A DNA stretch of 64,000 nt, taken from sequence record MZ444140.1; one strand, given 5' to 3'. Below, one piece after another: positions 53,783 to 64,000 of this stretch. The position numbers and the translations under genes were made by a program. Each line of letters begins with the position of its first letter. Positions within the stretch are counted from its first letter, which is position 1. Below the pieces are notes generated by a model. That model did not search any database. It saw only the letters and a program-made list of their open reading frames with translations, and was not told the origin of the DNA.

Positions 53783-53832
53783 TACACCTCATTGTGTTTA
53801 ATATAAATTCATATACCAACTTGTAAATGGTA

Positions 53833-54345
53833 TCAGTGCTTAAAAGTAACGATCTCTTCATGAGTTCGTTCTTGATGAACAATTAATTCATTAACCACTT
53901 TACCAGTATCAGATTTAAATTCGATTACCATCTTATCTCGACACATGTATGTTTGCCAAGTACCACCAGACTTAACACAATCAATAATCATGTTAAGTAC
54001 ATTCTTAACTTCAATCTTACTAACTTTATAACGATAAACGTTTAGAAGTTCAGTAAGCCATTTCGTTTTTGGGATTTTGGCATTTTTACGTTCTTTTGAA
54101 ATATCAAAAGGAATTAGTGCAATGATCTCACCATCTTTGTTGGTGAATTCAAATACCATTCCTTTTGAGTTAGCTAAAGGACGAATGTTATAATTACCTT
54201 TAACACTGCATACTTCTTCAGATAACTTAACTAACCTATCTAGTTGAACATCAGATGCATGAATGTTATCTTCTTTAAATGCTTTCTTTAGTTCATCATG
54301 AGTTAGTGGAGTACGTACTAGAGTGTAATCTTTCTGTTCAGTCAT
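53833..54345 (-). CDS. Hypothetical protein with two-fold internal repeat
   Basis: KGMVFEFTNKDGEIIALI versus DKMVIEFKSDTGKVVNEL. Confidence 0.65.
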   Translation of the reverse strand: MTEQKDYTLVRTPLTHDELKKAFKEDNIHASDVQLDRLVKLSEEVCSVKGNYNIRPLANSKGMVFEFTNKDGEIIALIPFDISKERKNAKIPKTKWLTELLNVYRYKVSKIEVKNVLNMIIDCVKSGGTWQTYMCRDKMVIEFKSDTGKVVNELIVHQERTHEEIVTFKH

Positions 54346-54592
54346 TTTTCATTTTTTCCAATTTTTCTATTTTCAAATTAAACGGTATTGGCTTTTTATA
54401 GCCAATCCCTTATTACTAAAAGTAATAGATTCTCGAACTAAGGATGGGTTATACCCCTTCTCTAATAATAAGGAATATTATATGGGACCCCCCCAAAGGG
54501 TCCCCCCCACATAATATACTATTTATATAATTTTCTTTTTAGAAGAAAAGAGATAAATAAGAGAAATACAGTCTATTAAAGTAATGAATTTC

Positions 54593-55414
54593 TCAAAAAT
54601 TAAATAGTACACCGCGCGTCCGTTGCGTCGGATTGGCCTGCCGGACGATGGTCCGGATGTGCGGTAATAGCGGGTTTTTCAAAAATACTTGCATCGCGGT
54701 TGAATTGAGCGGTTGATTATAACGTGTGATCTTAATAGTAAATAGAACTTCTTCAACATCTGAATGACATCCTTCGAAACTAAAATATACTTCAGTCCGA
54801 TCAATAAACTGATACATTTCTACAGCTGGTTCAGCTGGATCTTTAAAGGCCAGCTTATTAGCGAAATAATCAGTATGGGCTAGAATTAATTCTTTTACAT
54901 TAATTGCATTCTTCTTATCAACAAGGAATTCAAACTCTTCAAGGTTATCTGTTTTGAAAATACCTTGATAAGATGACGACTCGATTAGTTCATCACTGAT
55001 ATCATCAACATGAACGCCTGGCATAAATTCAATGACTGGTAGAATAAGCTTGTTACCTCCTACGCCGTCAGCGATATGAATTCCAATCACATTACCATCA
55101 CTAATGTATTCGTCATTACCGCAAATAACGGCACCAGCCGCTAGATATAAATTATCAACATATTTCAGATTATCGGCAATAATGCGAGATAGTACATATT
55201 CTCGCACCATGGCATCATCTGGACTTGACTGCGGTTTAAAAGTATAGTGGGTGTTATGACTACTCATGGTCGCACATGTAACAAAAACTGAAATATCTAC
55301 TGGATTAAATACCCAATGAACGGAGATATCCTCTAATTTATGTGGATGATGTAAACCATCTAGCTTAGATAGGGCTTGGAGTTGTTCTTCCCAGGTGATG
55401 TTAAATTGAGTCAT
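54593..55414 (-). CDS. dip: Degradosome-interacting protein Dip, RNase E inhibitor (gp37-like)
   Basis: 273 aa from MTQFNITWEEQLQALSKLDGLHHPHKLEDISVHW to RTRGVLFNF, matching the recalled phiKZ Dip sequence. Confidence 0.9.
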   Translation of the reverse strand: MTQFNITWEEQLQALSKLDGLHHPHKLEDISVHWVFNPVDISVFVTCATMSSHNTHYTFKPQSSPDDAMVREYVLSRIIADNLKYVDNLYLAAGAVICGNDEYISDGNVIGIHIADGVGGNKLILPVIEFMPGVHVDDISDELIESSSYQGIFKTDNLEEFEFLVDKKNAINVKELILAHTDYFANKLAFKDPAEPAVEMYQFIDRTEVYFSFEGCHSDVEEVLFTIKITRYNQPLNSTAMQVFLKNPLLPHIRTIVRQANPTQRTRGVLFNF

Positions 55415-55450
55415 TTTTTCTAACCTCTTCATTTATTAAAAATAATACAC

Positions 55451-56263
55451 TTATTTTACTTTAGCAGTTGATACTTCACATACATTAACTAATTGTTCAA
55501 ATAACGGTTCATTATCTGGATCATTAACTAATTTTGATGTATTAATAATAATACCAGAATACAGCATATCAGCTGCATCTCGATCACTTGTTTTGCTGGT
55601 TACACCTTCCCACTTCCATCCATAGTAAATTAAATCAAATGATGAACCAATGTTAAAGGTTGATTGAATAAATTTGCATGTACCATTTTCTTTTAACCAA
55701 TCAGGCCTATATGGTTCATTTTTATAAAATTCATGCATGAGTACTTTAAAATCAGTTTTAATGTTTTCATGAATAATGCAATCAATAGAATTAAGAGCTT
55801 CATCAAGAGCTGATTTAGACTCAATAATGATTTCTGATACATTGGCAGATTTTAGTGTAATCATGCCTAGTTCATCTGAGTGTGCTCTTCCGATTTGAAA
55901 TACATTGAGCTTACCAATTGGTAAGGTGGCTTTTAATGGCAGATTAGTATAGTGAGATACATCGCTTTTATAACTGTCTTCATATGACTCAATTAAATTA
56001 AGCCATGCTCTTTCAATACGTGTATTCTCAAAATGCTGTTCTTCTTCTAGTAGTCTAGAAATTAGATGATTAATGTATTGAACATTATGGCCAGTACCTG
56101 TAATTGAATTATATTTCGTATTACCGGTAATTCCCCATTTATTATTTTCTTTATTTATCCAACCGTAGATTACACTGTTTTTAGGATATTTATTTTTAAA
56201 ATTATCGTATATTTCTTTTAGATGTGGATTAGGGGTAAAACTAAAAGTAGTTGATTCAGTCAT
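55451..56263 (-). CDS. Hypothetical early protein (gp36-like)
   Basis: 270 aa, directly after an early promoter. Confidence 0.7.
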   Translation of the reverse strand: MTESTTFSFTPNPHLKEIYDNFKNKYPKNSVIYGWINKENNKWGITGNTKYNSITGTGHNVQYINHLISRLLEEEQHFENTRIERAWLNLIESYEDSYKSDVSHYTNLPLKATLPIGKLNVFQIGRAHSDELGMITLKSANVSEIIIESKSALDEALNSIDCIIHENIKTDFKVLMHEFYKNEPYRPDWLKENGTCKFIQSTFNIGSSFDLIYYGWKWEGVTSKTSDRDAADMLYSGIIINTSKLVNDPDNEPLFEQLVNVCEVSTAKVK

Positions 56264-56303
56264 TATAGATACCTATTTGAATATTGTTTATTATTGCAAA
56301 TAT

Positions 56304-56328
56304 GTAATATAGATCTTAAACTTTTTTT
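56304..56328 (-). promoter_or_regulatory. Early promoter of the dip-phuZ unit
   Basis: AAAAAAAGTTTAAGATCTATATTAC. Confidence 0.8.
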
Positions 56329-56331
56329 AAC

Positions 56332-56367
56332 TCAGCATAAAGCCTCCCCTAGGGGAGGCAATATGTT
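56332..56367. repeat. Exact 36-bp copy of the 8810..8845 palindromic terminator
   Basis: Identical sequence. Confidence 0.9.
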
Positions 56368-57182
56368 CATTTATCTATTTCAGCGTTTGGATCATACCAA
56401 GGTAATAAACTTAGTAATGCCGGTTGTTGTTTCTTCATATCCTCTAAGATTGTTGCTTCACTTGCACCTTCTAACATAGTGGTGAAAGTAATCATGTTCT
56501 TAGAGTTATATATCGGACGTAGACCATTACCAAAGAATTTTACCTGTTGAACCATTATTTTGAAATCAGGGTTATCGACTACATCTGGGATATAGATAGC
56601 AGGTGGCGCACTGAAATAACGTTTAATTAACTCAATAGCCCAATACGTTGGTAAATCACCAAACTGTGATTTCACTGTAGCTAGGTTTAATTGGAATGCT
56701 TTAGGTTCTTCAGGCGGTGGTTCCACCGGATCAACTGGATCAGTGGGTTCTTCAGGGTCAGTAGGTTCAGTTGGCTCTTCAGGATCCTCTGGATCGCCTT
56801 CTGTTGGCTTTTCTTCAGATGTGCCACCATCAGGGTCACCTGAACCATCATCATCTTCAACGGGCTCCTCAGGCGTTTCTATAGGCTCCTTCGGATCTTC
56901 CTGATTCTCCGATAGATCGGGCTCTTCTGATTCCCCATCTCCATTTGCTTCAGTAGAAGACGTGTCTTCTGATTCTTCATCTGTTGTCGAGTCAGTTGCG
57001 GCTGTGTTTTCTGAATCGGCAGTGGTATTTTCATTTTCACTTGATTCAGTAGAAACAATTTCAGTAGGAGTGGTTTCAAGTTCATTGACACTATCCTCTG
57101 CATTAGTTACTTCATTAGGGATTTCACTAATTTCTGATAATGTTACTGGTGCACTTACTGCGCGAGTTTTTCGTTTAGCCAT
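56367..57182 (-). CDS. Capsid-associated protein with long acidic/Pro-rich linker (gp35-like)
   Basis: E/D/T-rich region and EEPTEPTDPEEPTDPVDPVEPPP repeats before a folded C-domain. Confidence 0.65.
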   Translation of the reverse strand: MAKRKTRAVSAPVTLSEISEIPNEVTNAEDSVNELETTPTEIVSTESSENENTTADSENTAATDSTTDEESEDTSSTEANGDGESEEPDLSENQEDPKEPIETPEEPVEDDDGSGDPDGGTSEEKPTEGDPEDPEEPTEPTDPEEPTDPVDPVEPPPEEPKAFQLNLATVKSQFGDLPTYWAIELIKRYFSAPPAIYIPDVVDNPDFKIMVQQVKFFGNGLRPIYNSKNMITFTTMLEGASEATILEDMKKQQPALLSLLPWYDPNAEIDK

Positions 57183-57191
57183 GGTTGTACC

Positions 57192-57971
<780 letters not shown>

Positions 57972-58023
57972 CTACAATTATATTTGAGTTATTGTACTAC
58001 AGATGATAAAAGAGAAAATACAT

Positions 58024-58055
58024 CATAAGCCCTCTCCTTATGGAGAGGGCATTAT
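58024..58055. terminator. Palindrome, same family
   Basis: cataagccctctcc-ttat-ggagagggcattat. Confidence 0.75.
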
Positions 58056-58057
58056 AT

Positions 58058-58261
58058 TTACATAGTGTTAAAACACGCATTAAATTTAGATAATGAGCAG
58101 CCAGTATAAATTAATGATTGCTCTAGTTGTATGATGACATCGCCATTACTATCAAAATCAGCAGCAATAAAAGTAGATTCAGTTATCTTAAAAGTAGATG
58201 GTAGCATTTCTAAATAATTAAATATTGCTTGATTATCGATGTCATGAGGATTTAAATCCAT
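58058..58261 (-). CDS. Small hypothetical protein
   Basis: 67 aa, AGGT SD. Confidence 0.6.
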   Translation of the reverse strand: MDLNPHDIDNQAIFNYLEMLPSTFKITESTFIAADFDSNGDVIIQLEQSLIYTGCSLSKFNACFNTM

Positions 58262-58268
58262 ATGTTAC

Positions 58269-59138
58269 CTATACATGGATAGTTATGGACCAAATATTAA
58301 CAGGACTGCATAAGACAATTGTGATTAAATCTCTATGAGTTCTTTGATAATGATTGGAACACATAACTTTGATTAACTTTAATTTTTTAGTTTCTTTATT
58401 TTGAATTTCTTTGATAAGCGATTCAATAAGCTCATTAGTAATAAGTGAATGTCCATCAATAAATGGTTTTATACTTACTAGCGAATCTTTGTTAAATAGA
58501 ATTGCATCATCATATTCGCATGTAGCTGCGGTCTTGTATATGGATGCAACTTTATTAACTTTGTCATTAGTGACTATAGAAAAATTAAATTCACTCTTAG
58601 TTTTACTTAACGATGTTTCAAATAATTTATATTTATCAATAATAGTTTTATTATCAATAAATGATTTCATCCCAATATTTAAATCTATGTCCAGTGTGTA
58701 AGAATCATGTATTAAACCAATTGATAGTTGAGTCTCATTACCACTATTGTTAAACTTAATATTATTAACTGAACATATCTGATTATTAATAAACGATAAT
58801 AATAGTTTAGAAATAGTTTTAATAACATTAACTTCATAATCATTATTAGTACAAGCAAGTGCAGTTGTCATGTATCGACTAACTTGACTAACATCTAGTT
58901 TCTGATAGTTACTACCACTATCTATCCATGGGTCAATAGTTAAATTAATCCTTAGACTAGCTAGAATATCAGAAGATGTTTCAGAATAAATGAAAAACAC
59001 ATTATTGTTAAGATCATCTTTTAGCCAACCACTAGTTCTAAGATTTTCTAGATCTTTTTCATTAGATACCGATTGACTTAATTGCTGAATTAAACTAGGG
59101 TTAGCTAGGTTTAATAAACTAATCATTTTATAAACCAT
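58269..59138 (-). CDS. Hypothetical protein (gp33-like)
   Basis: 289 aa, GAGGA SD. Confidence 0.65.
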   Translation of the reverse strand: MVYKMISLLNLANPSLIQQLSQSVSNEKDLENLRTSGWLKDDLNNNVFFIYSETSSDILASLRINLTIDPWIDSGSNYQKLDVSQVSRYMTTALACTNNDYEVNVIKTISKLLLSFINNQICSVNNIKFNNSGNETQLSIGLIHDSYTLDIDLNIGMKSFIDNKTIIDKYKLFETSLSKTKSEFNFSIVTNDKVNKVASIYKTAATCEYDDAILFNKDSLVSIKPFIDGHSLITNELIESLIKEIQNKETKKLKLIKVMCSNHYQRTHRDLITIVLCSPVNIWSITIHV

Positions 59139-59228
59139 TTTATTATCCTCTAATTTATGTAATTACATGGAATAAATAACATAAGTACTTTTATGACTTA
59201 TGATTTGATTCTCCAGGAGGTTTTCCCA

Positions 59229-60467
59229 ATGGCAACTATTAAAGAAGTCCTTGATAGAAATTTTAAGGATGTTCAATTTGATCGCGATTTATGTAAAAGA
59301 ATTATTGACTTTACTATCAGTTTTATGAATAGGAATGCTGATCACTCTGCTTTCTTTGGTGGTGTATTACTAGGTGTACAACAAGTTAAATTCTTCGATA
59401 CGGATCGTGAGATTTGGTATGATGATGTTTTACGAATTGATGAAGCGCTGTTAGTCCAAGATTTTAAGTCAGTTGAATTCATTGACCCTAACCATCGTGT
59501 AATGTCAGATGTATTCAATCATCTTCCTGCCTATATTTGTTCTAGGCTTTTAAAAACAACTAATGTTCCTTTGAATATTAGACATGAAGCAATGGTTAGT
59601 TGTTTCATGGTGTTGCATTTTAAATATCTAACATCTTTACTTGTACCACGCTTTAAATATCCTGCACGTAAAGAAGTAGCCGAAGCTGCATTCGCCGCAC
59701 TCAATTATCGATTTGACATTAAGACAATTGGGTCATGGGAGAAACTATTTAGGCAACGGGCTGAAGGTATCATTGCACCTGATTCTATTTATGCACCTTT
59801 CTTAACTGGTAAAACACAAGAACTGGATTATTGGTCTGGTCGTGTAGTATCTGATACTCAAACACGTCTACGTGAATTAATCAACAAGTACTATGATGTT
59901 TATATCAGAACACTGCAATCAGGTGGTAAATTAGTTATTTCATCAGACATGGCTATTAATTCTGATGGTGAGCAGATTCTACGCGATAAGTCTACTGGGT
60001 ATCGCTCATATCTTACTTATATCCATCAAGTTGCGCAACAAGAACAAAATTTCATTAGACCTGAGTTAGTCGGTATTATTGAAAAGATAATGCCCACAAT
60101 GCCACCAGAAATGTTCATGGCGACACTTAGACACCTTTCCCGTAACATCGGTCAACCTAGGGCACAAAAGCTTGAGAAACTCGTAGATGAGTGCTTATTG
60201 TATGCTTTCGATTATATGCAATCACTCCGTACAATGGTTGCTAGAAATAATGATCTACAAACATTGCTTGTAAAAATACGAGCAAAGATAATGGCATCTA
60301 AAACAGAAAATGCTCAAGTTATTTTCATGCGTGAAGAAGGTGAGAAGTTAGTTAGGGATGCGACTAATTCTAGGGTACCTGCATATATCGCAGCAACTAG
60401 GACTGGGTTGATGTTGTATTTAATTCTACGTGCTATGACTAAGAATTACTATACAAAAACAAAATAA
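59229..60467 (+). CDS. Conserved virion structural protein (gp32-like)
   Basis: caggagg SD before MATIKEV; synteny. Confidence 0.7.
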   Translation: MATIKEVLDRNFKDVQFDRDLCKRIIDFTISFMNRNADHSAFFGGVLLGVQQVKFFDTDREIWYDDVLRIDEALLVQDFKSVEFIDPNHRVMSDVFNHLPAYICSRLLKTTNVPLNIRHEAMVSCFMVLHFKYLTSLLVPRFKYPARKEVAEAAFAALNYRFDIKTIGSWEKLFRQRAEGIIAPDSIYAPFLTGKTQELDYWSGRVVSDTQTRLRELINKYYDVYIRTLQSGGKLVISSDMAINSDGEQILRDKSTGYRSYLTYIHQVAQQEQNFIRPELVGIIEKIMPTMPPEMFMATLRHLSRNIGQPRAQKLEKLVDECLLYAFDYMQSLRTMVARNNDLQTLLVKIRAKIMASKTENAQVIFMREEGEKLVRDATNSRVPAYIAATRTGLMLYLILRAMTKNYYTKTK

Positions 60468-60468
60468 A

Positions 60469-60500
60469 CATAATGCCCTCCCGCAATGGGAGGGCTTATG
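60469..60500. terminator. Bidirectional palindrome, CATA/TATG family
   Basis: cataatgccctccc-gcaat-gggagggcttatg. Confidence 0.78.
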
Positions 60501-60513
60501 CTGTTAAGTAACA

Positions 60514-60876
60514 TTAGCTAGATTGATCATTACATAAATTTTTCAGAGCATCGTAAATAGCCACATAAGTAAAAATAGTTAAACTATCTTTAATTTCCTT
60601 ACGCGGGGTACCACTGAATCCACCCCATGATACATTTGTATTACTAACGCATACAGTGCTAATAGCTGGCTCATGATAGCCACCATCTACTTTACGCTTT
60701 GCATAAACCTTAGCCGTAATTTCTCCACGTAACTTTTTGAAGAAAACTAGAGCACCCGGAACGACTATACGTTTATTACCAATCTTCGTAATAAATTCTT
60801 TACGATTAGTAAAGTGCTCTTTTAATAAATCATTAATAATTTTAGTTAAACTATCAATTTCATTCTTCATCGACAC
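60514..60876 (-). CDS. Hypothetical basic protein
   Basis: 120 aa. Confidence 0.65.
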   Translation of the reverse strand: MSMKNEIDSLTKIINDLLKEHFTNRKEFITKIGNKRIVVPGALVFFKKLRGEITAKVYAKRKVDGGYHEPAISTVCVSNTNVSWGGFSGTPRKEIKDSLTIFTYVAIYDALKNLCNDQSS

Positions 60877-62063
60877 GTTGTTAGTTCCTTACAAATAAAC
60901 TTGATAACGTGATCACTTACAAATTTCAATGGACCAGAACAATTAGATTTCTCAATAGCGGTTTCAGTGTATGAAATTATTTGATTTCCACTTAAGGATA
61001 ATGAATCAAATAATTCATAAGAGTTATTATTTTTATTCTTAAAGGATACTGCATATTGACTATTTTCACTATTGATGCAAAATAGGTTAATAGCTGGGAT
61101 AGATACAGAGTTATCTGAAGTATGGCTATTTTCCGTAATATTCCAATTACTGTATACAGTGAAAATATTTGCAGCTAGTAAAAGGTTGGCATTAACCGTT
61201 TCTAAACTAACATACTCCACAGAAGTACCTTTATGCCAATATAGTTCAATTGGATTAACCCAAGTATACCCAATGGTTTTATAGAAGGCATGCATTACAT
61301 ATTCTCGCCAACGTGTGGGTTTCTTATTATCAGTTAAAACACACGTAATATTGCCTGACGGATAAATGTGGTGGATGCTACATGCATTAATTTCATCTCT
61401 AACATTAGTTGTTTCAGTAATATTAGAATGATCCTGTTTGAATAGCCATTTTAAATGACTATTAGTTGTGTCATCACCTTCCCCATTTGCAATGTCATTT
61501 TCTAACCACTTTTCAAATGTAGCTTGTCTATCAGGTGTTGGCATTCCCCAATAGGTAGCTAAAATGAAACGATAATAGTATCGAATAATATCATCATCGT
61601 TAAGAATATTTTTATCCAGTTTCCAGTGATGTTGATACTCGTATACTTCGCTTGGAATATTATTTACTTGATACCATGTATTAATTAATACTTGAATTGT
61701 TAATTGCCGAATACTCTCACTTGTTAGAGTGTAATATTCCCTGCTATGCGGCTCTTCAATTGTCACTTCTTGATCAGTATAACCAATGTATTTAGGTTTA
61801 CCATCGATGAGTGCAAAATTAACATTCCATGATGTATCATTACTAAAAGTGATATTAATAAAACCTTGTTCAAAGCTAGGCTTCACTACGAAACTGACAT
61901 CATCCTTCTGATATGTCATTTGCGTTAGAATACCAAAATTAATTTTAGATGTAAATTCTTTATCGAAGTTATGTTTATAAAGTAATCCTAGTAAACAATC
62001 AATTTTATTAATAGTGTGGTTTTCTAATAATAAATCAGTATTTGTAAGTTCATTAATTTTCAT
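60867..62063 (-). CDS. Hypothetical early protein (gp31-like)
   Basis: 398 aa, GAGG SD, after an early promoter. Confidence 0.7.
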   Translation of the reverse strand: MKINELTNTDLLLENHTINKIDCLLGLLYKHNFDKEFTSKINFGILTQMTYQKDDVSFVVKPSFEQGFINITFSNDTSWNVNFALIDGKPKYIGYTDQEVTIEEPHSREYYTLTSESIRQLTIQVLINTWYQVNNIPSEVYEYQHHWKLDKNILNDDDIIRYYYRFILATYWGMPTPDRQATFEKWLENDIANGEGDDTTNSHLKWLFKQDHSNITETTNVRDEINACSIHHIYPSGNITCVLTDNKKPTRWREYVMHAFYKTIGYTWVNPIELYWHKGTSVEYVSLETVNANLLLAANIFTVYSNWNITENSHTSDNSVSIPAINLFCINSENSQYAVSFKNKNNNSYELFDSLSLSGNQIISYTETAIEKSNCSGPLKFVSDHVIKFICKELTTCR

Positions 62064-62116
62064 TTTAACCTCTCTAAAATTTACAATCTAGTTTTACTTA
62101 TTGAATAAGCAAACAT

Positions 62117-62141
62117 GTAATATATATCTTAATTATTTTTT
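62117..62141 (-). promoter_or_regulatory. Early promoter
   Basis: AAAAAATAATTAAGATATATATTAC. Confidence 0.75.
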
Positions 62142-62158
62142 AGCATAGTTTTTAACAA

Positions 62159-62188
62159 CATAAAGCCTCCCCGAAGGGAGGCGATATG
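62159..62188. terminator. Palindrome, CATA/TATG family
   Basis: cataaagcctccc-cgaa-gggaggcgatatg. Confidence 0.75.
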
Positions 62189-62190
62189 CT

Positions 62191-62372
62191 TTAGCTTTTT
62201 TGGTTAGTACCGACAGTCTGCTCATTCTTTTCAGTTTGAGCATTTCGCCGAAGTTGACTAACCAGACCATTGCCAGCCGCAACTACATCGGGAGAAAAGA
62301 ATGCATTGATATCAAAGTTCTGATCTTGGTTGCGAGTCTTCCCAGGTGGGACCATCGGATATACTTTTGCCA

Positions 62373-62373
<1 letters not shown>
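62191..62373 (-). CDS. 60-aa protein translationally coupled to the tail tube gene
   Basis: TAATG overlap with the tube stop; ends at a terminator. Confidence 0.65.
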
Positions 62374-63257
<884 letters not shown>

Positions 63258-63285
63258 ACTTTTCCTCATTCTGAAAGCCACCCAC

Positions 63286-64000
<715 letters not shown>

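Overview
A 64 kb AT-rich segment of a nucleus-forming jumbo phage of the phiKZ group (Phikzvirus/Chimalliviridae), shown in reverse relative to phiKZ gene order (about gp87 down to gp29). It holds the Chimalliviridae core block: chimallin, PicA/Imp1, ChmC, PhuZ tubulin, the RNase E inhibitor Dip, four non-virion RNA polymerase subunit genes, one virion RNAP subunit, a split family-B DNA polymerase, an SF2 helicase, an SbcD nuclease, tail tube and sheath, and scattered head and baseplate genes. Two closely related group I introns interrupt the nvRNAP catalytic core; one carries an HNH endonuclease and the other is ORF-less. phiKZ gp numbers come from recalled synteny and sizes, not from a database search. 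Three signals are not explained by the supplied ORF track. (1) A likely -1 ribosomal frameshift (U UUU UUU plus a hairpin 8 nt downstream) joins the gp77-like gene to a start-less 165-codon extension, resembling tail-assembly chaperone pairs. (2) A missed 122-codon NADAR-like ORF has no canonical start codon and is coupled or frameshift-fused (C CCA AAG) to the DNA polymerase exonuclease subunit. (3) A non-coding, multi-stem, possibly pseudoknotted RNA of about 320 nt lies directly downstream of chimallin. A dispersed family of at least 14 CATA...TATG-flanked palindromes marks transcription unit boundaries.
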